In this document: positions 1 through 11,067 of the stretch, piece after piece
Numbering within the stretch: the stretch's first letter is position 1
How the letters are laid out: each line of letters starts with the position of its first letter
Assembly: GCA_041650335.1 (NCBI GenBank)
Contig: JBAZLK010000001.1
Span: 100,940-164,939 of the forward strand
Source of the DNA: Patescibacteria group bacterium
GTDB lineage: Bacteria; Patescibacteriota; Patescibacteriia; JAHIZJ01
DNA length: 64,000 nt
Direction of reading: 5' to 3'
Translations under genes and position numbers: made by a program
Notes under the pieces: model-generated
Told to the model about the DNA's origin: nothing
The model's database searches: none
What the model saw: only the letters and a program-made list of their open reading frames with translations

Positions 1-117
1 GAAACAGTGATTCACTATATCCAAAATAATACCGTCAAAGCGGCGTTGCCGGACAAATATCGACGAAAGCCGTATCAATATGTCGATTGGGTAGCGATCG
101 AGGAGATAATCGGGTAA
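1..117 (+). mobile_element. 3' end of a REP-associated tyrosine transposase (RAYT/IS200-like Y1 HUH), partial
   Basis: Frame 1 reads ETVIHYIQNNTVKAALPDKYRRKPYQYVDWVAIEEIIG*, resembling the catalytic YIxxNPVKAGL segment of RAYT/Y1 transposases; the N-terminal part lies outside the window. Confidence 0.55.
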
Positions 118-221
118 TTGCCATTATTGACTTCCAGGGACGACGATGGTACACATAAGCCGCCGTCCGATAGCCGGATGGCGTGATCGTTCACATTTTC
201 CCAAGGGAGGGACTGAATCCC

Positions 222-2123
222 ATGAAGACTCAATCGTCTTCTCAAGTCGGTCGTCTCGCGGCCATGGCCTGTTTTCTGTTCATCGTTTTTGGGCTGGGGC
301 TGGTTTCCACGCCGGTCTGGGCGCTGACCTGGACGCCGGACCTGCGCCTTTCTACCCCACCCGATTCGATCGGTGTCTCGCCGGCAATCGCCAGCGGGCA
401 GAATGGTGAGGTGCATGTGGTGTGGGTTGGATTGCCCGGAGACGGATGTCACCTCAACTACAAGCGCTGGGACGGGACCGCGTGGTCGGAGACCCAGGAG
501 TTGGCCTTCAGCCAATACGGCCTTGAACGTCCGGCGATAGCCGTTGACTCGCAAGGCAATGTCCATGTTGTGTTTGACGGGTACATCAATATCGGGGAAG
601 AGCGTGGGATCTACTATACGCGATGGGATGGGGTTTCATGGAGCCAGGTCTATCTGATCAGTGAGGATGAGACAGGGGGACTGGATGCCTCCATCGCAGC
701 AGACATCAATGGGAACGTGCATGTTGTATGGTATGGATTGGACATCTACTACAAACGCTGGGACGGATCGTCGTGGATGCTGACCGAGCAGCTCAACGAT
801 CAGCACTATTACACCTCAATCGATCCCTGTTTGACCGGAGATGCAAACGGCGATCTGCATGTGGCATGGATTACGTGGTTGGGCTATAACCAGCCTCGTC
901 AGATCTATTACAAACGTTGGAATGGAGAGTCTTGGTCGGCGGATTCGCTTCTCGTTGACACACCAGGGGCGGAGTCGCCAGCTCTCGCTCCCGATGCATC
1001 TGGCAATAGCTACCTGACTTGGATTGACGGCCGCCACGGCCTTGCAGAAATCTACTGCAAACGGTGGGATGGGGCAGCGTGGGCTGAAGACGAGCTGGTG
1101 TACTCTGGCTGGTCGTTCGTACTGCAGCATCCGACCATCACTGTCAGCGATTACGGCATTGTTCACGTCGCCTGGACCCAATACCCTAGCGGAGGCGGGG
1201 ATTCGCAGCTTCTCTACAAACTCTGGAACGGACAGGAGTGGGAGCCCGAACGGACTCTTGCAACCGGCCCGTTTTCCCTGAGCGGCGCGGCGCTGGCTAC
1301 TGATACCTATGGTAACGTCCACCTCGTATGGCAGGACGGCCGTCACTACAACCCCACCATCTACCACAAGATGCGCAAACACTGCCTGGACGGCGATGAG
1401 TACGAAGACTGCCGTTGGTACGCGCCTGATCGGCTGTTCTACGCGCGCTTTTCAGCCGACGCCGACACGTTATCCCAACCGCCGGGCGTGCCGGTCTTCT
1501 ACGACTCGACACGGGTGACGATCAGCCGCGGCCCGAACGATCGGTTCTATGTCTCGGGCGAACAGTACGCGTTGGCGGACTGGATCTGCGACGACAAGCT
1601 CTACATCGACGGGGTTGATGCCGGGCTGGGATTCGCGGGGGTGGTTGACTCTGCTCTCACGCTCTGCCAGCCGATCGAGAACGTTCTGGTGCCGGTGTCG
1701 CCTCGAGACGTGACCAGCTACATCCCCGAGGGCCAGAACTGTGTTACCTTCAAGCTGGCCGACACCCAGCGCACAATCCTGGGCAACACACAGATCTACT
1801 TGGTTCGGCAGGATGTGTCCGGCGTGGCTGACGGTGGCGCGCGGGTCAGCCCGACGCTTTCCGTGTCGCCGAATCCAACCCAGCTATCGGCGCTATTCGA
1901 GCTGAGCGTTCCGGCCACCGGCCAGTACGCCCTGACCATCTATTCGGTTGACGGCCGGCTGGTACGTTCATACCCGGAGGTGAGGCTGACGGCCGGCGAA
2001 CAGCACCACTGGACCTGGGACGGCCGTGATCAGCTCGGTGAAACGGCCGGGCAGGGGGTGTATTTCGGCGCGATCCGTTCGTCCGCCTGCCAGACGGTCA
2101 AGAAGTTGCTCATCGTCAGGTAG
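222..2123 (+). CDS. Secreted beta-propeller repeat protein with C-terminal FlgD-Ig/T9SS-type-A-like domain
   Basis: Signal peptide ending PVWA; seven ~50-aa repeats PxIxxDxxGxVHVxW...IYYKRWDG; C-terminus SPNP...IYSVDGRLVR...WDGRD...GVYF...KKLLIVR. Confidence 0.8.
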   Translation: MKTQSSSQVGRLAAMACFLFIVFGLGLVSTPVWALTWTPDLRLSTPPDSIGVSPAIASGQNGEVHVVWVGLPGDGCHLNYKRWDGTAWSETQELAFSQYGLERPAIAVDSQGNVHVVFDGYINIGEERGIYYTRWDGVSWSQVYLISEDETGGLDASIAADINGNVHVVWYGLDIYYKRWDGSSWMLTEQLNDQHYYTSIDPCLTGDANGDLHVAWITWLGYNQPRQIYYKRWNGESWSADSLLVDTPGAESPALAPDASGNSYLTWIDGRHGLAEIYCKRWDGAAWAEDELVYSGWSFVLQHPTITVSDYGIVHVAWTQYPSGGGDSQLLYKLWNGQEWEPERTLATGPFSLSGAALATDTYGNVHLVWQDGRHYNPTIYHKMRKHCLDGDEYEDCRWYAPDRLFYARFSADADTLSQPPGVPVFYDSTRVTISRGPNDRFYVSGEQYALADWICDDKLYIDGVDAGLGFAGVVDSALTLCQPIENVLVPVSPRDVTSYIPEGQNCVTFKLADTQRTILGNTQIYLVRQDVSGVADGGARVSPTLSVSPNPTQLSALFELSVPATGQYALTIYSVDGRLVRSYPEVRLTAGEQHHWTWDGRDQLGETAGQGVYFGAIRSSACQTVKKLLIVR

Positions 2124-2157
2124 GCTGGGGGTTCGGGCAGACCACCAGAATTCGCAC

Positions 2158-2180
2158 GCATGGAGAAATCCATGCTTTTT
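2158..2180 (+). terminator. Intrinsic terminator
   Basis: GCATGGA-GAAA-TCCATGC followed by TTTTT. Confidence 0.75.
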
Positions 2181-2189
2181 CATTTGCCA

Positions 2190-2404
2190 AAAAGCACCAG
2201 TGCAAACCCTGCGGGTTGTATAGGCATCTTAAAATCCTGACCCTCCGTGGTCGGGTACTCAAAATGTTTCGAAGGACCGAGCGCATGTTGGAAAACATAC
2301 GCTCGGTGCGTCCAGATCCCATCAATTCCACCGAGCGAACCCTTTCGAGGGTGCGCTCATCAAATACATCGTTCCTATGTGTACCGAAGCACAGAGGTAT
2401 TGGT
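2190..2404 (-). ncRNA. Structured ncRNA, candidate 6S RNA
   Basis: ~210 nt with paired ends, a central bubble with hairpins and an apical stem ACCGAGCGTATGTT/AACATGCGCTCGGT; 6S-like GGGA/ACCC motifs; upstream TTGTCA-18-TTTAAT on the minus strand; ends in a T-run. Confidence 0.45.
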
Positions 2405-2432
2405 ATTTAATTAAATTGTTCCTAAGTCCGGT

Positions 2433-2461
2433 GTGACAAATATTAATAAGTTTGGTATAAT
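2433..2461 (+). promoter_or_regulatory. sigma70 promoter of pilin cluster (leaderless)
   Basis: GTGACA-17-TATAAT with extended TG; ATG 6 nt downstream. Confidence 0.6.
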
Positions 2462-2467
2462 ATTCTC

Positions 2468-2887
2468 ATGGCATGGCCTCATCCAGGATCGCTGAAAGTA
2501 CGGCTCGTGGTGTACTGTGTAATCATCGCGGGTATCCTCACCGTGCTTTTTTTACGTGTTCGCTATGAACAAGCGCGCGCCCGAGATCTTCAGCGGATCG
2601 CGGATGCGTTGATCATCCGTGGCGCGTTTGAACGGATGTATCTGCACGATCGAGGCTATGCAGCGGCGGCTGATCACGGCTGCGACAAAACAGGCGTTTC
2701 CATCCGGCTCTGCAACCTGCGTACCTATTATCGGGAGATAAACGAACTCGTCGACCCGGGAAAACGGGAGTATGTTGTTACTCAAGTGCCAAGCGCGACG
2801 AATTACGAAGTTACATTCCAGCTTGAGCTTGACCACCCAGGCTTGGTAAAAGGGAGGCACACGATTACCGCCGACGGGATACGCTAG
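2468..2887 (+). CDS. Pilin-like protein lacking a canonical class III signal
   Basis: TM helix followed by ARDLQRIAD helix, DP motif and YEVTFQLE, typical of CPR pilins. Confidence 0.65.
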   Translation: MAWPHPGSLKVRLVVYCVIIAGILTVLFLRVRYEQARARDLQRIADALIIRGAFERMYLHDRGYAAAADHGCDKTGVSIRLCNLRTYYREINELVDPGKREYVVTQVPSATNYEVTFQLELDHPGLVKGRHTITADGIR

Positions 2888-2951
2888 GCGGGTAGATTTT
2901 TCTTGAAGCCGGCTTCCGCTCGTTTGCGAATCTGAAAAATAAACAACGTCA

Positions 2952-3707
2952 ATGATTGTTCTCACCACCCTCATCGTCTTCATCGTCGGGATCAGCATCG
3001 GGAGCTTTTTGAACGCGGTCATTTGGCGCCTCCATACGCAGGAAGGTTTTTTGCGCGGGCGGTCGTATTGTCCGAAATGTCGGGCAACGATTCGGGCCAA
3101 GGATCTCGTACCACTAGCCAGCTTTTTTCTCTTACGTGGCAAGTGCCGTGACTGCGGTAAGAAAATATCATGGCAATATCCGCTGGTCGAACTGGCGGCC
3201 GGTCTCGCCTTCGTTGCGTTGTTTCTGGTGTATGGTTTTACCGACGCCTTTTTCGTCTACGCGGTTGAGACCGCTTTCCTGATCATTGTTTTTGTTTTCG
3301 ATCTCAAGCATTATTTGATTCTTGATCGGGTCATGCTGCCGGCCGCCGTCGTTGGCCTGCTCGGCAGTCTTTTGCTCGGCGTGAATCCGGTCAAAATCCT
3401 GATCGGCGGTCTTGCCGGCGGCGCGTTTTTTCTGCTCCAATACCTCGCCTCACGCGGGAAATGGATCGGCGGCGGCGATATCCGTCTCGGCGCGGTCATG
3501 GGCTTGATGCTCGGGTGGGACAAATTACTGGTGGCGATGTTTATCAGTTATTTCGTCGGTTCGCTGGTCGGCCTTGCCTTAGTGGCGAGCCAGCGCAAGA
3601 ATTGGCAGAGCCGTTTGCCGTTTGGCGTATTTTTAAGCGCAGTCACGTTTCTGACCTTTATTTGGGGTGGTGATATTATCGCCTGGTATGTAAAATTCTT
3701 ATCATAG
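2952..3707 (+). CDS. pilD: Prepilin peptidase
   Basis: GSFLN, CPKC...CRDC, GGGDIRL, LPFGVFL motifs. Confidence 0.95.
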   Translation: MIVLTTLIVFIVGISIGSFLNAVIWRLHTQEGFLRGRSYCPKCRATIRAKDLVPLASFFLLRGKCRDCGKKISWQYPLVELAAGLAFVALFLVYGFTDAFFVYAVETAFLIIVFVFDLKHYLILDRVMLPAAVVGLLGSLLLGVNPVKILIGGLAGGAFFLLQYLASRGKWIGGGDIRLGAVMGLMLGWDKLLVAMFISYFVGSLVGLALVASQRKNWQSRLPFGVFLSAVTFLTFIWGGDIIAWYVKFLS

Positions 3708-3720
3708 TGTATAATTAGCA

Positions 3721-4344
3721 ATGATGAAATTGTTCGGGAAAAAGGGCTTCACGCTTATCGAAATGATTTCCGTCGTTGCGATCATTGGCATCTTAACGAC
3801 CGTTGGCGTCGTGGCATTTTTACGAAATCGTCAGTCGTCCGATCTTGAACGGAGTGCGTCGGAACTGGCCAGTAATATCAGAAAAATACAAGGCTACACT
3901 CGGGCGGGACGGAGCGAGGGTGGAAGCGTACCGCGCGCCTATGGTTTAATGATCGATCTGACCGCCGGTTCGACAGATCAGTACACACTCTACGCTGATT
4001 TTGGCACCACCGGTGATGATTTTTACTTCGAGCCGGCACCGACTGGGCCAGATATCCAGATTGATAATTTTACTCTGGCGTCAAATACACAGATTACAAA
4101 TGTTGAAATAAGCAATTTGCGGGAATCCTTCGGCCGCATTGATTTCGGTTTTTTTGCGCCCTCATCTGATTTAAAAGCGATGGGCACGAGCGTCGGCGGC
4201 ATCCCACCGGATGATTCGAGTATTTTTGACACCGGTCCGATTGAGGTAAAAATCACCATCACGCACGTGCAAGCCAACCGATCAAAAATCGTGCGGTTCA
4301 ACGGCGGCTCGCTTGGCGGCGCGACCGTGGAGGAGGGCTCATGA
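3721..4344 (+). CDS. Type IV minor pilin (FimT/GspH-like)
   Basis: KKG|FTLIE class III signal. Confidence 0.85.
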   Translation: MMKLFGKKGFTLIEMISVVAIIGILTTVGVVAFLRNRQSSDLERSASELASNIRKIQGYTRAGRSEGGSVPRAYGLMIDLTAGSTDQYTLYADFGTTGDDFYFEPAPTGPDIQIDNFTLASNTQITNVEISNLRESFGRIDFGFFAPSSDLKAMGTSVGGIPPDDSSIFDTGPIEVKITITHVQANRSKIVRFNGGSLGGATVEEGS

Positions 4345-5012
4345 TGGGGCTAATGACCAGAAAAAACCAGGCTGGCGTGACGCTGCTGGAGGTTGTCGTG
4401 GCGATCTTTGTCATTACGGTTGGCTTGATATCGGCGTTGGCCCTGATTATCTCAAGCATCACCGGCGCCCGGACGAGCAAGTATCAGCTGGCGGCCGGTA
4501 ACCTAGCCCGGCAGGCAATCGAAGTGGTGCGCGTCCAGCGCGACTCAAATTGGCTTGAGATTGAATCAGGCAGTCTCGACCCAGGTTTATGGGACCAAAA
4601 CCTCTCTGGAAACGGGATGATCTATACGGGAATAATAAATTTTCAGGACGATCCGGCGCTGGCCGATTATATGAAATGGACCATCTTCTATGATTCGACC
4701 TATAATTTTACTGATAACCCAGTGCAATTAAAAACGTACTTTGTCGACCATGGTTCTTGGAGAGTCTACAATCAATATACGCAGGCGAATCCGCCAGGGT
4801 TGACCGAGAGTGGTTTCCGGCTCGCCATGTCGACAAAGCCTATTTGCATCCTCAACGGAGTTGAATCAATGGTAGAAAATGGCTTCAGTTGTGAAACGAC
4901 GGTCCCGGCAAAAACGAAAATCGGCATCCAGATAAAGGCCACGGTAAAATGGATCGAGTCGGGGATTGAACGATCGTATGAACAAGAAGAGAAAATATAT
5001 AATTGGAAATAA
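4341..5012 (+). CDS. Type IV minor pilin (PilV-like)
   Basis: AG|VTLLE signal; C-terminal VKW...IYNWK. Confidence 0.85.
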   Translation: MMGLMTRKNQAGVTLLEVVVAIFVITVGLISALALIISSITGARTSKYQLAAGNLARQAIEVVRVQRDSNWLEIESGSLDPGLWDQNLSGNGMIYTGIINFQDDPALADYMKWTIFYDSTYNFTDNPVQLKTYFVDHGSWRVYNQYTQANPPGLTESGFRLAMSTKPICILNGVESMVENGFSCETTVPAKTKIGIQIKATVKWIESGIERSYEQEEKIYNWK

Positions 5013-5013
5013 G

Positions 5014-5655
5014 ATGCGCTGGCTTCGCGATAAAAAAGGATTGAGCTTAGTCGAAATGATCGTCGTGGTTGGGCTTTTTGGCATTTCCATGTCAGTCTCA
5101 ATGACGGTATTGGTGAATGCCTTGCAGAACCAGCGTTCGATTCGGGCGGAACAAAAAGTCATTAGTTCGGCGCGCGATGCGCTTGAGGTGCTCGCTCGGG
5201 AAATACGGCTCGGCTACATCGATTACGACACGCACTATACTGGCGGCGTACTCAACTCCGTCCAGGACAACCTCTGGGTAACAACCGGAAGCGGGGATAA
5301 CTATAATTTCCGGATAACCCAAGAGGCCGGGGGCGATCCGATTACCGGACAGCTCGTGGCCGATGATGGCATGGTGGCATCGCCGCTGAGCAGTACGGAT
5401 ATTCGAATTGATGCGATCAAATTTTATGTCCGGCCCGTCTCTGATCCCTACTATGTCTTTTCTTGTACCGACAGTAGCCAGTGCGATCCGAACGTGATAC
5501 CGGTGAAAGATCCGGGGATGTGTATCAACAACATTTGCGAATTAGAAGACCAGCAGCCCCGCGTGACGATTGTTTTAAACGCGACCAACCGCGGCCAAGG
5601 TTTTGCGAAAGTCGAGCTGCAAACAACCGTGGCCGTGCGTACATATAAACGGTAA
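5014..5655 (+). CDS. Type IV minor pilin (PilW/GspJ-like)
   Basis: KKG|LSLVE signal; LAREIR; LQTTVAVR end. Confidence 0.85.
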   Translation: MRWLRDKKGLSLVEMIVVVGLFGISMSVSMTVLVNALQNQRSIRAEQKVISSARDALEVLAREIRLGYIDYDTHYTGGVLNSVQDNLWVTTGSGDNYNFRITQEAGGDPITGQLVADDGMVASPLSSTDIRIDAIKFYVRPVSDPYYVFSCTDSSQCDPNVIPVKDPGMCINNICELEDQQPRVTIVLNATNRGQGFAKVELQTTVAVRTYKR

Positions 5656-5660
5656 CCGCT

Positions 5661-6476
5661 ATGGCACAGAAAAACCAAACCGGCATCAGTCTTGTTCTCG
5701 CCATCCTGATTATGGGCGCTGTTTCGGCGGTGGCCACGACCCTGTCGATTTTGATTATCAACGAGGTGGGAACAACGAAGGGTATAAACAACGCCATGAA
5801 AGCGTTCTATGCGGCTGAATCGGCGATTGAGCAAAGCACGTGGATCGTTCGCGAGGCCCGTCGTACCGGGATGACAATTGATGAAACCGTCACCCTGCTC
5901 AATCAGACGAACGCCGGTACCCTCGAAGACACGTCGGCAACGTGGGCGCGGCAAGCAACCGGTGAGAACCAGAGCATCACGGTGAGCTTACGTCAAGATG
6001 AGTCTGTCTTTCTCGATCTCTACAATCCGGAACCAACCGGCAATCCGCCATACAAAATACGCTGCGCATATCAAGAATATGGCACTGGAACTAACCTCGA
6101 AATTACCTGGTCGGGCTGGTCGGTCACAGATGGATTCTGTCCGGAAACGACCAAGGTGTTCGGCGTCCAATGTGACGGCACGACCTATCTAAACCTGGAC
6201 ACGCCGCTTACCTGCGGCAATCCAACCAGTTACCGGGTTCAATTGCGCGCTTTTGACGGGCCGGCGACGAACTTAACGCTGTCTATCTTTGATCTTAATC
6301 AAACTCCAATAGAAATTCCCAGCCAGGTAAAGATCATAGCCAATGGAACTTACCCGACCGGCAGCAGCCGTTCAGCCACCCAAGCGCTGCGGGCTGACGT
6401 TCAGTGGACTATGCCCGTATCCGGTCTATTTTCCTATGTTCTCTTTTCTGATCAACCACTCGAAAAGACCGAATAA
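5661..6476 (+). CDS. PilX-like minor pilin
   Basis: G|ISLVL signal without E5; AFYAAESAIE motif. Confidence 0.85.
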   Translation: MAQKNQTGISLVLAILIMGAVSAVATTLSILIINEVGTTKGINNAMKAFYAAESAIEQSTWIVREARRTGMTIDETVTLLNQTNAGTLEDTSATWARQATGENQSITVSLRQDESVFLDLYNPEPTGNPPYKIRCAYQEYGTGTNLEITWSGWSVTDGFCPETTKVFGVQCDGTTYLNLDTPLTCGNPTSYRVQLRAFDGPATNLTLSIFDLNQTPIEIPSQVKIIANGTYPTGSSRSATQALRADVQWTMPVSGLFSYVLFSDQPLEKTE

Positions 6477-6497
6477 GAATGCCGGATTACCTGTTAA

Positions 6498-8543
<2,046 letters not shown>

Positions 8544-8759
8544 CAAAGTCGATAATTAAACGATGACGAGAGTGGCTCATCTTTTTTAATATCGGTGATT
8601 TTCTAAAAAGAAAAAGGAGCTTCATCACGTCGATCCAAGACAGGCATAGTGTTGCGTCGTCAGAAAAGGCTATTGGGTGAACGGTCCTCTTGCGATCTCT
8701 CTGTTGGATCTGAAATTCTGTTGTACCGGCGGCGAGAAAATGCTATGCTTTACGTATCT

Positions 8760-9047
8760 ATGACAGATTTTAATACTCGTGACATTGACCACCTGGCCGC
8801 CCTGGCCCGCCTGGAACTGTCCGAAGAAGAGAAAAAGCGTTTTGAAGGTCAGCTGGCCTCGATCTTAGCGTATGTGGAAAAACTTAACCAGGTTGATACG
8901 CATGAAGCCGCGCCGACCGCGCATGCGACCGGTCTGGTTACCGTCACCCGGAACGACAGCGTGCACGACGAAGGCAGACAGGCGGAGATATTGAAGGAGG
9001 CTCCGGCGATCGAAGGCAAGAACTATAAAGTCAAGTCAGTTTTTTAA
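8760..9047 (+). CDS. gatC: Asp/Glu-tRNA amidotransferase subunit C
   Basis: HLAALARLEL motif; directly upstream of gatA. Confidence 0.93.
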   Translation: MTDFNTRDIDHLAALARLELSEEEKKRFEGQLASILAYVEKLNQVDTHEAAPTAHATGLVTVTRNDSVHDEGRQAEILKEAPAIEGKNYKVKSVF

Positions 9048-9058
9048 ACGTTGGTTCC

Positions 9059-10519
9059 ATGGATTCTTTGTATTTAACAATCGAAGAAGCGCGGCGCGGT
9101 TTAGCCGAGAAAAAATATTCAAGTCATGAGCTTATCCAAGCGAGCCTTGATCGGATTTCGGCGCTGAATCCCAAGCTGAACGCCTTTTTAACAGTAACGG
9201 CCGAAACCGCCCTGGCGCAGGCAGACGAGATCGACGCGAAACGACTCCGGGGCGATCAGCTGTCGCCATTGGCCGGGCTGCCTTTGGCAGTAAAGGACGT
9301 CCTGGCAACCCGTGGCGTCCGTACGACCGCCGGCTCGAAGATACTCGAACAGTACATACCACCCTATACCGCCACTGCGGTTCAGCGGCTGTTTGATGCC
9401 GGCGCGATCATGGTCGGCAAGACGAACTGTGACGAGTTCGCCATGGGTTCATCCGGTGAATGGTCAGCCTATGGGCCGACCCGTAATCCCTGGAATACCG
9501 AACGCGTGCCGGGCGGTTCGTCATCCGGCTCAGCGGCGGCGCTGGCGAGCGGCATGTGTCTCTCCGCCTTGGGAACAGACACCGGCAGCTCGGTCCGACA
9601 ACCTGCTGGTTTTTGCAATCTCGTTGGACTGAAGCCCACCTATGGACGGGTGTCACGCTACGGTCTAATCGCCATGGCCTCGTCGCTTGATCAGGTCGGC
9701 ATTTTTGCCCGAACGGTTGAGGATAGCGCGCTCATCCTCGAAACCATCGCTGGCCATGACTCATTGGATTCGACCAGCGTGTCAAAAACGATTTTTGACC
9801 TCAAGGAAAGCCTCAAAGACGTACCGAAGGGGTTGCGGCTGGGCATTCCGAAAGAGTATTTTATTGACGGTTTGGATCCGGCGGTTGAAACGGCGATCCG
9901 AAAGGCGATTGAGGACCTCCGCGGCCTCGGCTTTACGATTGTCGACGTATCATTGCCCCATACACCGGATGCGCTGGCCGTGTACTATCTGATCATGCCG
10001 GCGGAAGCGTCGTCGAATTTGGCTCGATATGACGGGATCCGCTACGGTCTGTCGCTCGGCGATGAGGCAAAGGATCTCATTGATATATACCGGAAGACGC
10101 GAGCGGCTGGATTCGGGCCGGAGCCGAAACGCCGGATTATTCTCGGGACCTACGTATTATCGTCAGGGTATTATGATAAATATTATCTCAAAGCGCAAAA
10201 AGTCAGGAGTGTTATCATCCAGGAGTATAAAGACATATTCAAAACGGTTGATTGCCTGGTAACTCCCACTTCGCCAACCGTACCGTTCGTCATCGGCGAG
10301 CGGAAAGAAGATCCGCTGCAGATGTATCTCGCTGACATATTTACCGTGTCTGCAAACATTGTCGGTCTGCCAGCTATTTCGATCCCGGCCGGATTCAGCG
10401 ACGGATTACCGATTGGTTTGCAGCTGATCGGGCCTCATTTTCAAGAGCACCGACTCTATCAGGTTGCCCGAACCTATCAGGCGGCGACGTCGTGGCATCG
10501 GCAATATCCAGTCGGCTAA
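9059..10519 (+). CDS. gatA: Asp/Glu-tRNA amidotransferase subunit A
   Basis: Amidase signature GGSSSGS, GTDTGSSVRQPA. Confidence 0.97.
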   Translation: MDSLYLTIEEARRGLAEKKYSSHELIQASLDRISALNPKLNAFLTVTAETALAQADEIDAKRLRGDQLSPLAGLPLAVKDVLATRGVRTTAGSKILEQYIPPYTATAVQRLFDAGAIMVGKTNCDEFAMGSSGEWSAYGPTRNPWNTERVPGGSSSGSAAALASGMCLSALGTDTGSSVRQPAGFCNLVGLKPTYGRVSRYGLIAMASSLDQVGIFARTVEDSALILETIAGHDSLDSTSVSKTIFDLKESLKDVPKGLRLGIPKEYFIDGLDPAVETAIRKAIEDLRGLGFTIVDVSLPHTPDALAVYYLIMPAEASSNLARYDGIRYGLSLGDEAKDLIDIYRKTRAAGFGPEPKRRIILGTYVLSSGYYDKYYLKAQKVRSVIIQEYKDIFKTVDCLVTPTSPTVPFVIGERKEDPLQMYLADIFTVSANIVGLPAISIPAGFSDGLPIGLQLIGPHFQEHRLYQVARTYQAATSWHRQYPVG

Positions 10520-10585
10520 TCCTATTGCCAAATCATTTTACTCGTGGTATACTAAAAAACGAATCACAATTAATGGTATTCGACA

Positions 10586-10975
10586 ATGGCACCGAATAAA
10601 CAGAATAGAAAGAAAGTCCTCCTGATTGAGGATGAAAAAATGCTTTCTTCGATGTACGCGACGAAATTTACGAAAGAAGGCTTTGATCTGATCCAGGCTT
10701 TTGACGGGGAAGAGGGACTGGAAAAAGCGACAACGGTAAATCCCGACATTATTCTGCTCGATATTATCATGCCGAAACTGGACGGATTTGTGGTCCTCAA
10801 AAAGCTCAAACAGGACGCGGCCCTGAAAAAATTGCCAGTCATACTTTTGACAAATCTAGGCCAAGATGAAGATATCAAAAAGGGCAAACAGCTTGGCGCC
10901 GATGATTATTTTATCAAAGCGAATCACACGCCTCAGGAAGTTGTTGATAAGGTGAGAACCTTTTTTGAAAAATAA
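10586..10975 (+). CDS. Single-domain response regulator (receiver)
   Basis: LLIEDE, LLDIIMP, LTN, FIK receiver motifs. Confidence 0.93.
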   Translation: MAPNKQNRKKVLLIEDEKMLSSMYATKFTKEGFDLIQAFDGEEGLEKATTVNPDIILLDIIMPKLDGFVVLKKLKQDAALKKLPVILLTNLGQDEDIKKGKQLGADDYFIKANHTPQEVVDKVRTFFEK

Positions 10976-11067
10976 AACCGGTGCGTCAGTGGAAGCCCGG
11001 CCTAAATTGGTCGAGTTATTTTTATCGAAATAATTATTCATAAATTATTTTATACAAGCAGGGCATT

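Noticed and set aside
2116-2410. Short ORFs 2216-2410 (+) and 2116-2331 (-)
   Set aside because: They overlap the palindromic structured RNA, have weak starts and show no protein features
8544-8759. Possible small ORF or RNA between ligA and gatC
   Set aside because: Only short ORFs without support and no convincing structure; gatC most likely starts at 8760
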